A stretch of DNA of 64,000 nt from Trueperaceae bacterium (GTDB taxonomy: Bacteria > Deinococcota > Deinococci > Deinococcales > Trueperaceae), in assembly GCA_965215565.1 (NCBI GenBank), contig CBDCDZ010000004.1:2912001-2976000 (forward strand), written 5' to 3'. The notes under the pieces are model-generated. The model saw only the letters and a program-made list of their open reading frames with translations. It had not been told where the DNA came from and did not search any database. Of the stretch, positions 39,530 through 49,625 are shown in pieces. Positions within the stretch are counted from its first letter, which is position 1, and the number at the start of each line of letters is the position of its first letter. The position numbers were made by a program, and so were the translations under genes.

Positions 39530-40492
39530 ATGAAAGCGATCCTCGTTCAGTCTGACCACTCGCTCGCCTGGCAAGAGACCCAAACGCCCGCGCCCCGCCC
39601 TGGTGAGGTGCTCATCGAGGTGCGGGCGGCGGGCGTCAACCGCGCTGACCTAGCGCAGCGTTCGGGCAACTATCCGCCGCCGCCAGGTGCGTCCGAGATT
39701 TTAGGTTTAGAAGTCGCGGGCGAAATCGCCGAGCTTGGCAGTAACGTCGCGAATTGGAATGTGGGAGACCGCGTCTGCGTCCTGCTCACGGGCGGCGGCT
39801 ACGCCGAACGGGTCACGGCTCCCGCCTCCCTGCTCATGCCGATTCCTAATGGCTGGAGTTTCGAAGAAGCCGGGGGGACGCCCGAGGTATTTTTCACAGC
39901 GTTTTTGAACCTCTTCCTCGAGGGCAATTTGCAAGGAGGCGAGACCGCCCTTATCCACGGCGGCGCGAGCGGCGTTGGCACGGCGGGCGTCCAACTCGCA
40001 AAAGCGGCAGGCTGCCGCGTCTTTACAACGGCGGGTACCGACGAAAAGGTGGAGGTCTGTTCAAAGCTAGGCGCAGACTTAGCGATAAACTACCGCGAAG
40101 AGGATTTTGCCGAGCGCGTCAAAGAGGTGGCGGAAGGCGTAGACGTCGTGCTCGATATGGTGGGCGCGGACTACTTAGCGCGCAACATCGCGCTGCTCAA
40201 CCTGAACGGACGCTTGGTTTTTATCGCCACGTTGAGCGGCAAAGAAGCTAACATCGACATCCGCAAGCTGATGGGCAAACGCCTCACGCTTAAAGGTTCG
40301 ACGCTGCGCAGCCGCCCGCTGGAGGAAAAGGTGCATATCAAAGAGAGGTTCATCGCGCAGTTCTGGTCCAAATTGGAAGCAGGCGAGATCAAGCCTGTCA
40401 TCCACGAAGTCTTCGATATTCAAGACGCAGAAAAAGCTCACGATGTGATGCGCGCAAATAGAAATATCGGCAAGCTGATTTTGAAGATATAA
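39530..40492 (+). CDS. NAD(P)H-quinone oxidoreductase (zeta-crystallin/PIG3 family)
   Basis: GVNRAD, YPPPPG, HGGASGVG. Confidence 0.9.
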   Translation: MKAILVQSDHSLAWQETQTPAPRPGEVLIEVRAAGVNRADLAQRSGNYPPPPGASEILGLEVAGEIAELGSNVANWNVGDRVCVLLTGGGYAERVTAPASLLMPIPNGWSFEEAGGTPEVFFTAFLNLFLEGNLQGGETALIHGGASGVGTAGVQLAKAAGCRVFTTAGTDEKVEVCSKLGADLAINYREEDFAERVKEVAEGVDVVLDMVGADYLARNIALLNLNGRLVFIATLSGKEANIDIRKLMGKRLTLKGSTLRSRPLEEKVHIKERFIAQFWSKLEAGEIKPVIHEVFDIQDAEKAHDVMRANRNIGKLILKI

Positions 40493-40510
40493 GAGGTGGA
40501 GTTGTGCCGC

Positions 40511-40612
40511 GCAGGTCTCATCACATAATGTGCGAGTTGAGACGTTGCCTTGTCCGCTAAGGACGTTTGTGACCAGATGAAGTCCAGCTAGCCTAACGGC
40601 TGAGACCTGCTA
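40511..40612 (-). mobile_element. Family A element, divergent copy 3
   Basis: Minus strand TAGCAGGTCTCA...TCATCTGGTC...GCACATTATGTGATGAGACCTGC. Confidence 0.7.
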
Positions 40613-40781
40613 TAAAGAACTTTGAGAGGGGTCTCCGCCGGGGGGGTAGCGGGGTAGCGGAGATGCCACCCTCAAAGCTGTGACAAGTATACACGATTTA
40701 GTCTCGCTTGACTACCCTTTTTGTGGCAGAACCATGAACATCGTTTCATCAACCTCGGCAGATGTGCTCGAACGTATAAAA

Positions 40782-40913
40782 TAGCAGGCATCATCTGGTT
40801 TGAGTGCGCGAAGCGATGCGAAGCAACACTCTCACTTTGGAGAGCGGTGTCCAGCACGCACATTCAGAGATGATACCTGCGCTCAACTGTCTCAGTATAT
40901 TTTGGAACTGCTG
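40782..40913 (+). mobile_element. Family A element, copy 4
   Basis: TAGCAGGCATCATCTGGTTTGAG...GATGATACCTGC...TTTTGGAACTGCT. Confidence 0.85.
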
Positions 40914-40996
40914 AAAGTAGGTTGTTTAAGGAGTTGTTTGAGAAGCGCACTGTATTTTTCGGTTCTCGCCTCCCCCGAGCCGCTATACTACGCAGT

Positions 40997-41722
40997 GTGC
41001 CCGTAATTCGCCCCTTTAGCCTCCTAGCTGACGTTTATGACGCCATCATGGACGATATTCATTACGAAGGCTGGACCGACTTTATTCTGCGTGAGGCTGA
41101 ACGAGTCGGTTGGCGCGGTCATAAGGTCTTGGATTTGGGCTGCGGCACGGGCAACTCGGCGTTTCCTTTTTTCTCGAGGGACTTTCACGTCACTGGGCTC
41201 GACGCCTCACCCGAGATGCTCCGCGTCGCCCGAGAGAAGCTGCCGCCCGTGCGCTTTGTAGAGGGCGACTTCACCTCTTTCGAGTTTGATGAGACGTTTG
41301 ACCTCGTAATTTCAGTTTTTGACTCGCTGAACAATTTGCTCGAGCCCCGCGACCTCTTACGCACCGCCGAGTGCGTCTACGCGCACCTTGCGCCGGGCGG
41401 TCTTTTTATCTTCGACGTAAACACCACGGTCGGCTTGCGCGACCTCTGGGAGAGTGGGCGCGCCGAAGGGTGGGTGGACGGCGTGCACTACAGTTGGGAC
41501 CACGCCTTCGACGAAGCTACAGGCATCGGTACTGTGACGGCGTTCTGCGAGCGGAACGGACGCGCCTTTGTCGAGGTGCATGTCGAGCGCGCGTACGACC
41601 CGCCAGAGCTTAGGGAGTTGCTTGCGCAAGCGGGATTTGGAGAGGTTAAAGTCATAACCTATCCGACGGGCAAGCCAGCAGACGAGGACGAGGAGCGGGT
41701 GTGGGTGGTGGCAAAGAGGTGA
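40997..41722 (+). CDS. Class I SAM-dependent methyltransferase
   Basis: VLDLGCGTG, FDSLN; GTG after TATACT. Confidence 0.88.
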   Translation: MPVIRPFSLLADVYDAIMDDIHYEGWTDFILREAERVGWRGHKVLDLGCGTGNSAFPFFSRDFHVTGLDASPEMLRVAREKLPPVRFVEGDFTSFEFDETFDLVISVFDSLNNLLEPRDLLRTAECVYAHLAPGGLFIFDVNTTVGLRDLWESGRAEGWVDGVHYSWDHAFDEATGIGTVTAFCERNGRAFVEVHVERAYDPPELRELLAQAGFGEVKVITYPTGKPADEDEERVWVVAKR

Positions 41723-41757
41723 TTTTGGAGTATAGACCAAACTGATTTTTAGAAGTG

Positions 41758-41883
41758 ATACGGTTTCCGGTTAAAAACGTTTCGTATTTAACTCGGGTGG
41801 AAAAGAGGCGAAGCACGCAGTGTTTTCCGGTTACAAAGTTTCCCATCCCGGAGGGAAACTTCGTAACGGAGTTTATGCAGTTA
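41758..41883 (-). repeat. Family C element, partial second copy
   Basis: ATACGGTTTCCGGTT end; reverse complement contains ACTGCATAAACTCC as at 20773. Confidence 0.65.
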
Positions 41884-42006
41884 GCAAGTATCACCTTTTA
41901 ACGTACGTGTTGAATGATGTTCTTAAAAGTGAGGGCGTGCCTAATGGCGTACTTCGTCTCGGAAGGCCCGAGCTTGCAGAGCACTCAAACCAGAGGATAC
42001 CTGCTA
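41882..42006 (-). mobile_element. Family A element, copy 5 (lacks the 3' tail)
   Basis: Minus strand TAGCAGGTATCCTCTGGTTTGAG...CTCACTTTT...GGTGATACTTGCTA. Confidence 0.75.
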
Positions 42007-42088
42007 ACTAAAAGAACCACCTTGCCTTCAAACAGGGTGGTTCTAAATCATCCGATACGAATTTGTGACTAAACGTTAAGTATCCAGT

Positions 42089-43300
42089 TCAGCGTGTGGC
42101 GTACGTCATGACTTTCTCAACCGCATCACAGGTGTCGAACATGTCCTGCTCCGAGAGCGTCGGGTGAACGAGGAACATGAGGGACGTTTCGCCCAACTCT
42201 CTAGCGACGGGTAGAGGTCTGGCTGGTCCCAGACTCGCCTCCACAAAGGCTTTCTCGAGGTAAATCTCGCTGCAACTGCCGCTGAAGCAAGGGACGCCCT
42301 CGTTACTGATCGCTTGCATGACGTGATCGCGGTTCCAGCCTGCGCGGAGCCTTTCGGGGCGCACAAAGACGTAGTATTTGTAGTAAGCGTGACCCGCCTC
42401 TTGAGGCGGACAGGTAACGCGGAGCGCGTCTATAGAGGAGAAACGCTCGGTGAGGATAGCCGCGTGACGCTTACGCGCCTCGTGCCAAGCCGGAAGCTTG
42501 CGCAGTTGCAACCTGCCGATGGCGGACTGCATCTCCGTGAGCCGCCAATTCGTGCCGAAAGACTCGTGTAGCCAGCGGAACCCTGGAGGATGATCACGGT
42601 TGTAGACGGCGTCATAGCTTTTGCCGTGATCCTTAAACGACCACGCCTTCTCCCAGATGTCTTTGTCGTTCGTCGTGAGCAGGCCGCCTTCGCCACCCGT
42701 CGTCATGATTTTGTCTTGGCAGAAAGAGAACGCGGCGACGTCACCGAGTGAACCGACCGGACGCCCCTTGTAGGTTGCACCGTGCGCCTGAGCGCAGTCT
42801 TCAATCACCTTGACGCCGCGCTCTTGCGCGAGCGCCATAATCGCGTCCATATCGCAGGGCCAACCTGCTAAGTGAACAGCGATAATCGCTTTGGTTCGGG
42901 GGGTGAGGACCGCTCCGATGGTCTCCGCGGTGATGTTTTGGCTGTCGGGGTCAACGTCAGCGATGACAGGCGTCGCGCCCCTCATCACAGCGGCGCTCGC
43001 CGAAGCGATAAAGGTGCGGCTTGTCGTGATGACCTCGTCGCCAGGACCGACGCCTAAGGCGTAGAGCGCCAGCTCGAGCGCAACAGTACCATTCGCAAGT
43101 GCGATGGCGTAGTTGCAGCCCGTATAGTCGGCAAATTCTTGCTCCAGAAGTCGTCCTTGTTCGCCCGTCCAATAATTCACTTGGCCCGAGCGCATAACCT
43201 CTAAAACCGCGTTCGTCTCATCCTCTTCAAAGTAGGGCCACGGCGCAAAGGGCGCTGTCCGTATAGGAAGTTCTTTTTTGAGCGTTGCAGTGTTTAACAT
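42089..43300 (-). CDS. DegT/DnrJ/EryC1/StrS family sugar aminotransferase
   Basis: NGTVAL, IEDCAQAHG, SFCQDKIMTTGGEGG. Confidence 0.92.
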   Translation of the reverse strand: MLNTATLKKELPIRTAPFAPWPYFEEDETNAVLEVMRSGQVNYWTGEQGRLLEQEFADYTGCNYAIALANGTVALELALYALGVGPGDEVITTSRTFIASASAAVMRGATPVIADVDPDSQNITAETIGAVLTPRTKAIIAVHLAGWPCDMDAIMALAQERGVKVIEDCAQAHGATYKGRPVGSLGDVAAFSFCQDKIMTTGGEGGLLTTNDKDIWEKAWSFKDHGKSYDAVYNRDHPPGFRWLHESFGTNWRLTEMQSAIGRLQLRKLPAWHEARKRHAAILTERFSSIDALRVTCPPQEAGHAYYKYYVFVRPERLRAGWNRDHVMQAISNEGVPCFSGSCSEIYLEKAFVEASLGPARPLPVARELGETSLMFLVHPTLSEQDMFDTCDAVEKVMTYATR

Positions 43301-43813
43301 GATCGTGACCCCTTACGAAGCAGTTCTATGACGTAGTGTGCGTTGCGCTGGTCCCTTGGCTCAGATTCGTCAAGCTCGAATGACCACAAATCAAGTCTTT
43401 AGCGCGTGACCCTGATTTATATACTATCAATTTATAGCATTTTAAGAGATTCGACTGTGACATATAGGGTGTCTCGGGCGCAAAGCTTTAACCTTTCCTT
43501 CACTAAGCTTCTCGATACGCAGCCGCACCTCATAAACCGTGCACGTTATGATAGCAGTCACCCGACCCTTACACTATTTAAGGTACCACACCTCATTGTG
43601 ATAAGTCTGTGTGAACGGGTGCGTCCAAGTTTTAGGGGAGGCGTATAAAAGTTTGGTACAAGCGACAAAAATAGGATGCGGAACTGTACGTAGGAAGATT
43701 CATCAATCTCCCTACGTAACTTGCGAAAGCGACGCTTTGTCCGCTTAGAGTGTCCCTTCGTCGGACAAGAGCGTCCCATGCGTCAGCCTTGTGGTGACGG
43801 GTGTCGGCGGCAT

Positions 43814-44299
43814 CTATGGCGCAGTTGCCGCAGCCGCAAGGTTGCTGAGCGCGTTCGAGACCGCCCCCAACTGCTCGTCCACACCTGTCAGAGCGTGCCG
43901 TTCTGCGAGGTATTGCGGATCGTTGTACGCGGCGTACACGTTGCCCGCTTCGTCCTCGTAAATGAGCATCTTTTGGGGGAGGTCGATCGCAACGGTGCGT
44001 CTCGACTGCATGAGCGGCGTGCCGACGTTCGGGTTGCCGAAGATGACCAAGCGGGTGGGGGGCAGCTCGAGCCCCGCATCCTGGGCGTTCGCACTGTGGT
44101 CCACCACCGCCACTGTGATAAGCCCATTCTCTTCTAAGGCAGTTTCCAAGTTGGCGAGCGTCTCCTCGACGCTGTAGGCGCTCTGAACGGTGACGAGCCC
44201 CTCGACGTCACCTGCTACCGAGCCCCCCGTCGCTTCACCACCTGTCTGCGCCAGCGCGAAAGGGAAAAGTGACACAGCGAAGATAAACAGATACTTCAT
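43814..44299 (-). CDS. DUF302 family secreted protein
   Basis: DHSANA, FGNPNVGTPLM, IDLP. Confidence 0.85.
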   Translation of the reverse strand: MKYLFIFAVSLFPFALAQTGGEATGGSVAGDVEGLVTVQSAYSVEETLANLETALEENGLITVAVVDHSANAQDAGLELPPTRLVIFGNPNVGTPLMQSRRTVAIDLPQKMLIYEDEAGNVYAAYNDPQYLAERHALTGVDEQLGAVSNALSNLAAAATAP

Positions 44300-44375
44300 C
44301 TTAAACCTCCAAAGTTTGAGTCTCTGCTAATGTAGCAGACTCGAGCTTAGAGGCGTGTCAATCTCGAACTTGACC

Positions 44376-44534
44376 TCAGCGCCCTAAGCGGTTAGCGACG
44401 CTCATAATGCCGATGCCCACCATGATGATGATCCCGACGACAATCCAAGAGGTGGGCACGCCGAGCAGATTCGCGCCGAGCGCCAAGCCGACGACGAGGA
44501 TAAAGTAGCCGATAAGATAGATGCTTGTTGACAT
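44376..44534 (-). CDS. Small 2-TM membrane protein (52 aa), absent from the ORF track
   Basis: MSTSIYLIGYFILVVGLALGANLLGVPTSWIVVGIIIMVGIGIMSVANRLGR; GGAGG RBS. Confidence 0.7.
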   Translation of the reverse strand: MSTSIYLIGYFILVVGLALGANLLGVPTSWIVVGIIIMVGIGIMSVANRLGR

Positions 44535-44665
44535 AGTGAATCGCCCTCCCGTATAGACTTTAGCCTAACCCGCGCCCGGGCTCGAGCAAACGACAATTTT
44601 TACCGCGCGGGCTCGAGGGTTGTGGCAGCGCTTCTCCGTAGAGACGGGTTTGAAACCAGCCTCTA

Positions 44666-44745
44666 TAGCAGGTATCATCTGGTTTGAGCCAATCTCCGGT
44701 GATGATACCTGCGTGATTCAAGCTCAGTACTTCTGATAATCGCTC
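44666..44745 (+). mobile_element. Family A element, internally deleted copy 6
   Basis: TAGCAGGTATCATCTGGTTTGAG...GATGATACCTGCG...CTCAGTA; right end approximate. Confidence 0.75.
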
Positions 44746-44787
44746 TACACCACGTCGCATTCCACTACATCTGTATTCCGCACCGCT

Positions 44788-45137
44788 AATGCTCCTTTAC
44801 TCATACCTAAGCGCCTCGATGGGGCTCAAGTTCGCCGCGCGGTTCGCAGGCCACACGCCAAAAATCACGCCCGTCGCCACGCTCACCAAAAAGGCGAGGA
44901 TGATGGTCCAGGGGCTGATCACGACCTCTTCCAAAAAGGGCACGAGCGCGACGATGAGGTACAATGCTCCTTTACTCATACCTAAGCGCCTCGATGGGGC
45001 TCAAGTTCGCCGCGCGGTTCGCAGGCCACACGCCAAAAATCACGCCCGTCGCCACGCTCACCAAAAAGGCGAGGATGATGGTCCAGGGGCTGATCACGAC
45101 CTCTTCCAAAAAGGGCACGAGCGCGACGATGAGGTAC
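44788..45137. repeat. Exact 175-bp tandem duplication of the permease 3' end
   Basis: 44788-44962 equals 44963-45137. Confidence 0.95.
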
Positions 45138-46168
45138 AAGCTCCCCACCGCCAGCACGAGACCAATCACACCACCTACAACAGTTAAAACGATGGCTTCA
45201 ATCAAAAACTGCTGCAAAATCGTGTTCTTCTTCGCGCCGAGCGCTTTGCGCAGTCCGATTTCCCGCGTCCTTTCCGTCACCGAGACGAGCATGATGTTTA
45301 AGATACCGATACCGCCTACCAAGAGGCTCACCGCGCCGATGCCGCCCAAAACGGCTTGCAGAATCACGGTGATGGTGTTGAACAACCCCAACGCGCCCTC
45401 GATGGTCTGAATACTGTAGGTGTCCGCGTCCCGCCGCCGGTCCAAAATCGAGCGGACTTGCTGCTCGATGTCGGCGGCGTTGCGGTCGAGCGAAATGGTG
45501 ATGGGCAAGAACTCGTATTCACCGCGCTCGACGGAGGGGTAGTTGACGTAGAGCGTCTCTAAAGGAATATCGCCGCTCGTGTCGTTCGCGAAGCTGCCCA
45601 AGGTACCGCTGATACGCTCCTTGACGCCGATAACCGTGTAGAAGCTGCGCGAGCCGTCCACGGTAACGCTGATCTCTTTGCCGATAGGGTCTATGCCGTT
45701 CTCAAAAAACGCCTCGCCCGCGTCTGCCGAGAGGACGATGACGGGCGCGGCGCGTCTCGCTTCGGTGGCGCTGAAGTAGCGCCCTCTGGCAAGTTCTAGG
45801 CTGCGGTCCACCTCTACAGCGTTGGGCGTCGTGCCGTTGACCGTTAAAGAGGTTTCCTCGTTCCCGTAGCGCCCGACGCCGAAGACGCCCTGCGTCTGCA
45901 AGATGTCGATGGGGAGCCGCGAGAGCGCCTCGATATCGTCGTCCGTTAAGGGTTCGGCTTGCGGATTGTCCTGGTCCACCACGACAAAGAGCGACTGTGA
46001 CCCAAAACTTTGCAGTTCACTCGTGATGCCCGCCGTCGCAATCGCGCCCATGCTGATCGTTGTGGTGACGGCGAAGACGCCGATGACGACACCTAGCAGC
46101 GTCAAGACCGAGCGGAGGCGGTTGCCTTGGAGGGCTTCGAAGGCGGTGCGGATGTTTTCTAAGAGCAT
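44972..46168 (-). CDS. MacB/FtsX-type ABC permease
   Basis: [38 protein letters not shown]. Confidence 0.92.
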   Translation of the reverse strand: MLLENIRTAFEALQGNRLRSVLTLLGVVIGVFAVTTTISMGAIATAGITSELQSFGSQSLFVVVDQDNPQAEPLTDDDIEALSRLPIDILQTQGVFGVGRYGNEETSLTVNGTTPNAVEVDRSLELARGRYFSATEARRAAPVIVLSADAGEAFFENGIDPIGKEISVTVDGSRSFYTVIGVKERISGTLGSFANDTSGDIPLETLYVNYPSVERGEYEFLPITISLDRNAADIEQQVRSILDRRRDADTYSIQTIEGALGLFNTITVILQAVLGGIGAVSLLVGGIGILNIMLVSVTERTREIGLRKALGAKKNTILQQFLIEAIVLTVVGGVIGLVLAVGSLYLIVALVPFLEEVVISPWTIILAFLVSVATGVIFGVWPANRAANLSPIEALRYE

Positions 46169-46304
46169 GGGTGGCGTTCCCAGTGGTGTCTAAAGCGTGT
46201 TGGGCGAACGTGCGGAGGAATAGAGAAGGCGGAAGGGAAAAGGGCGAAGTTTGAAATGAACCTTCTGTCTTCTTTATTCTGCCTTTCCCCTTCTACCCTA
46301 TGCC

Positions 46305-47105
46305 TCACGGAATCTCCCCTGTAAAGACTGCCTGCCGCCGGTTCTCCACCTCTTCCACACGCTCGACTTTGCCGTCCAAAATCCGCACGATGACCTCGCA
46401 GTGCTCCGCCACCTCTTGCTCGTGCGTGACCATCACGACAGTGCGCCCTTCAGCGTGGAGTTCGCTGAAGAGCCCTAAGATTTCCTCGCCTGTCTTGCTG
46501 TCGAGGTTGCCCGTTGGCTCGTCCGCTAAGAGGATGTCGGGGTCGGTGGCTAAGGCGCGGGCGATGGCGACACGCTGCTTTTGCCCGCCGGAGAGCTGGT
46601 TCGGGCGGTGGTCTAGGCGGTCGCCTAACCCGACGCGGCTGAGGGCTTGCCTGGCGGCTAGGGTGCGCTGGCTGGCAGAGGTGCCCCGGTACATGAGCGG
46701 CAGCGCGACGTTTTGCAGCGCGTTTGCCCTAGGCAAGAGGTTGTACGCCTGGAAGATGAAGCCGATGCGCTGGTTGCGGATGGTCGAGAGTTCGTCTTCG
46801 GACAAATCCGAGACCTCTTGCTTCGCGAGGCGGTACGAGCCGCTCGAGGGCGTATCCAGGCAACCCAGAATCTGCAAAAGCGTGGACTTACCCGAGCCCG
46901 ACGGTCCCATGACGGCGGCGTACTGACCTCTCGGGATGGTGAGGTCTAAGCCGCGCAGGGCGTGGACCTCTAAACCGCCCTCGAGCGTATAGATTTTGCG
47001 CAAGTCCTTCGCCTCGATAACGTTGTCCGTACTGTCCGTTTTGGCTGGGTTCGGCTCGCGGCGCGAGGACGCTGCCCCACCACCTGAAACAACGACGCCG
47101 CTCAC
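46305..47105 (-). CDS. MacB/LolD-type ABC ATPase
   Basis: [26 protein letters not shown]. Confidence 0.93.
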   Translation of the reverse strand: MSGVVVSGGGAASSRREPNPAKTDSTDNVIEAKDLRKIYTLEGGLEVHALRGLDLTIPRGQYAAVMGPSGSGKSTLLQILGCLDTPSSGSYRLAKQEVSDLSEDELSTIRNQRIGFIFQAYNLLPRANALQNVALPLMYRGTSASQRTLAARQALSRVGLGDRLDHRPNQLSGGQKQRVAIARALATDPDILLADEPTGNLDSKTGEEILGLFSELHAEGRTVVMVTHEQEVAEHCEVIVRILDGKVERVEEVENRRQAVFTGEIP

Positions 47106-48505
47106 TGCGCGTCCTCCAACGGGTCGTACTGCACCGCGCCTTCGTCTTCGATCTCTTCTAAGTTCGTGAGCGCGATGAGGTCGCCTTCAGCTAGATTATC
47201 GCTCTGCGCCGCTGCAACCGTCGCGTTGCTATCCAGTACGTCGATGACTACACGCCGCGCCGTCCCTTGACCCTCTTCGCTCTGGTTGACCTTGTACACA
47301 TAGCGCTCGCCTTCGTCCTCGCTGATGGCTTCTAGGGGGATGAGCAGCGCGTCCTCGAGGCGGTTGACGTCCACGCGGGCGGTCACCGTGTAGCCGGGGC
47401 GGATGAGCCCCCGCGCCAAGAGGTCGCTCGTCTCGTCGGCGAACTCGAGCCGGGCGACGACTTGGGCGGTGCCTTGCCCCGTGCTCTGCCCCGCCACTTC
47501 GTCGCGTGTGGCAACGGGGTTGACGCGCACGACGGTGGCGGGGATGCGACTTTCGGGATCGGCGTCGGGGGCGATGGTGGCGGCTTGACCGCGTTGCAGC
47601 TCCAACGCCCGGTTTTCGTCAAAACGCGCTTCGACGAAGAGCGACGAAGTGTCCACCATCTGGATACCCCCTTGACCCGCCGTTACTTGATCGCCCGCGT
47701 CAAAGTCGATGCGGCTGACCGTGCCCGCGAAGGGCGCGGTGAGTTGCGCCTCGTCCAGTTGCGACTGCAAGTTGGCGACGCCGGTTTCTAACGATGCCAC
47801 GTTCGCCAAGCTGCTCGCGCGCTGCGCGGCGGCGAGCTGGTCGAAGTTGCCCTGCCGCGACTCGGCGGATTGAAGGGCGATCTGCGCCTGACTCACGGCG
47901 CGTTCTGCCTGGGCGACGGCGTCTCTGTCAGCCTGAAGTTCGTTAGAAGAGACTGCCCCCGTCTCCGCTAAGCGCTCCGTTGTGGCGAGTTTTTGCTGCG
48001 CGTTGCGCAGGGTTTGCTCGGCGTTGGCGAGAGTGTCTTGGGCGCTAGCGGTGCCGCTCGAGGCGTCCAGCCTGTCCGCCTCCTGCTGCGCCGTCACGCG
48101 CTGCGCTTCCGCCCTAGCACTTTGGAGGTTGGCTTGGCTCGAGGCCAAGTCGCGCTCCAGCGCCGCCGTATCCAAGCGGGCGAGCACCGCGCCCGCTTCC
48201 ACTTCGTCCCCTTCGGAGACGTTAAGTTCCGCCGCCGTGCCCGCTGTTCCTGCAATTGTGCCAAAGGTGAGCGTGCGCGTCTGCGCCGCTTCGACGGTGC
48301 CCGTGCCCGACACGTCGCGCACGAACGCGCCCCGCTCTACGCGCTCGACGAGGGTGCGCTGACCTGCTTCTCCACGGTCACGCCCTAAGAAGAACCATAT
48401 GCCCGCCGCTGCCACCGCAATGAGGGTAATCACGATGAGCCAGCGTCCCCAGCGGCGAGGTTTCGAGGTTGTGTCTTCGGTGGATGTACTTACCGCGTCT
48501 GCCAT
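47102..48505 (-). CDS. Efflux periplasmic adaptor (MacA/HlyD-like)
   Basis: N-terminal TM, lipoyl half motifs, coiled coil, APFAGTV. Confidence 0.88.
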   Translation of the reverse strand: MADAVSTSTEDTTSKPRRWGRWLIVITLIAVAAAGIWFFLGRDRGEAGQRTLVERVERGAFVRDVSGTGTVEAAQTRTLTFGTIAGTAGTAAELNVSEGDEVEAGAVLARLDTAALERDLASSQANLQSARAEAQRVTAQQEADRLDASSGTASAQDTLANAEQTLRNAQQKLATTERLAETGAVSSNELQADRDAVAQAERAVSQAQIALQSAESRQGNFDQLAAAQRASSLANVASLETGVANLQSQLDEAQLTAPFAGTVSRIDFDAGDQVTAGQGGIQMVDTSSLFVEARFDENRALELQRGQAATIAPDADPESRIPATVVRVNPVATRDEVAGQSTGQGTAQVVARLEFADETSDLLARGLIRPGYTVTARVDVNRLEDALLIPLEAISEDEGERYVYKVNQSEEGQGTARRVVIDVLDSNATVAAAQSDNLAEGDLIALTNLEEIEDEGAVQYDPLEDAQ

Positions 48506-48541
48506 CGTTCGTCCTTCTTCACCTGACTACTTTCTACACGA

Positions 48542-49606
48542 CTACTCACTTTGCACCTCACTCACGCTTCCCTGTGCAACTAACTCTAGCTGCGTCACCG
48601 CCTCGGAAAGTGCGTACTGCGCACTTCGCAGCGCCGCCGCGCTCTCCGCAACACTTCGCTCCGATTCGGCGAGCGCCAGACGGGACACGTCGCCCGCCTC
48701 GAAGCGGAGCCTTTGCGCCTCTAACTCATCTTCTGCACTTCGCAACGCTGCCTGAGCGTTCTGAAACGCATCTCGAGCAGCTAGCGCCGCGTTGTACGCG
48801 CCGCGCACCGAGAGGTTTAAGCTGCGGCGCAACTCGCGGCGCTGCGTCCGGGCGCTCACGAGCGCGTCCTGTGCCGCTTCGATGTCGCGTTGGGGGCTGT
48901 AGGCACTGTCGGCTAGCTCGAGCCTCTCCTGTGCCACCTCGACCGCTTGCTCTGCGCGTTGCAGCGCCGCGTTCTTGCCCAAACGCCCCAAGACCTCTTC
49001 TAAGGGTGGGATGGGCGGCGGCGCGAAAGGCGCAAGGAGCCGCAACTCATCAACCTCCCGCCCTAGCAAGCTCGCCAACTCGCCGTACGCGAATGTCCGC
49101 CTCTGCTCGGCGCTCGCCACCTCGCGCTCGGCGGCGGAGAGGTCATTCTGGGCGCGGGACAGCTCGAGCTGTCCGAGTTGCCCCGCTTCGAAGCGAATCT
49201 GCGCCGCTTGCGCTGTCGTCTGGGCGATGTCACGTCGCGCCCTCGCGAGGTCTAAAGCGTCGTCCGCTTCTAAAGCGTTGAAGTAGAGACCCGCAGCGTC
49301 TCGCTCCGCTGCTAACCGCGCCGAGGTCAGGTCAGCGCGCTCACTCGCCACCCGCTGCTCCGCCTCCAAGCGCGACAAACGCAAGGCGAGCGGGTCTCCC
49401 TCGGTGCGCCTTAGCTCGCGCTCGGCAGCCGCTAAATCGGCGCGCGACGTGATCACGCCGGCGTCCAGTTCGGGAGCAATCTCCGTCACGTCCACCAAAC
49501 TCAGCGCCTGCGCCGCATTCGCGGATGAGGTCTGCGCCGCTGCAAATCCGGGCACGCTTATAGGGGATATCAGCAATACGAGCACAGCAACCGTCTCATT
49601 CAGCAT
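48542..49606 (-). CDS. TolC family outer membrane efflux protein
   Basis: Repeated RFEAG motifs, helical; operon context. Confidence 0.8.
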   Translation of the reverse strand: MLNETVAVLVLLISPISVPGFAAAQTSSANAAQALSLVDVTEIAPELDAGVITSRADLAAAERELRRTEGDPLALRLSRLEAEQRVASERADLTSARLAAERDAAGLYFNALEADDALDLARARRDIAQTTAQAAQIRFEAGQLGQLELSRAQNDLSAAEREVASAEQRRTFAYGELASLLGREVDELRLLAPFAPPPIPPLEEVLGRLGKNAALQRAEQAVEVAQERLELADSAYSPQRDIEAAQDALVSARTQRRELRRSLNLSVRGAYNAALAARDAFQNAQAALRSAEDELEAQRLRFEAGDVSRLALAESERSVAESAAALRSAQYALSEAVTQLELVAQGSVSEVQSE

Positions 49607-49625
49607 GGCTCACAATTATGCGACG

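Noticed and set aside
44797..44979. Separate 60-aa permease-like gene
   Set aside because: It is only the duplicated 3' end of the permease.
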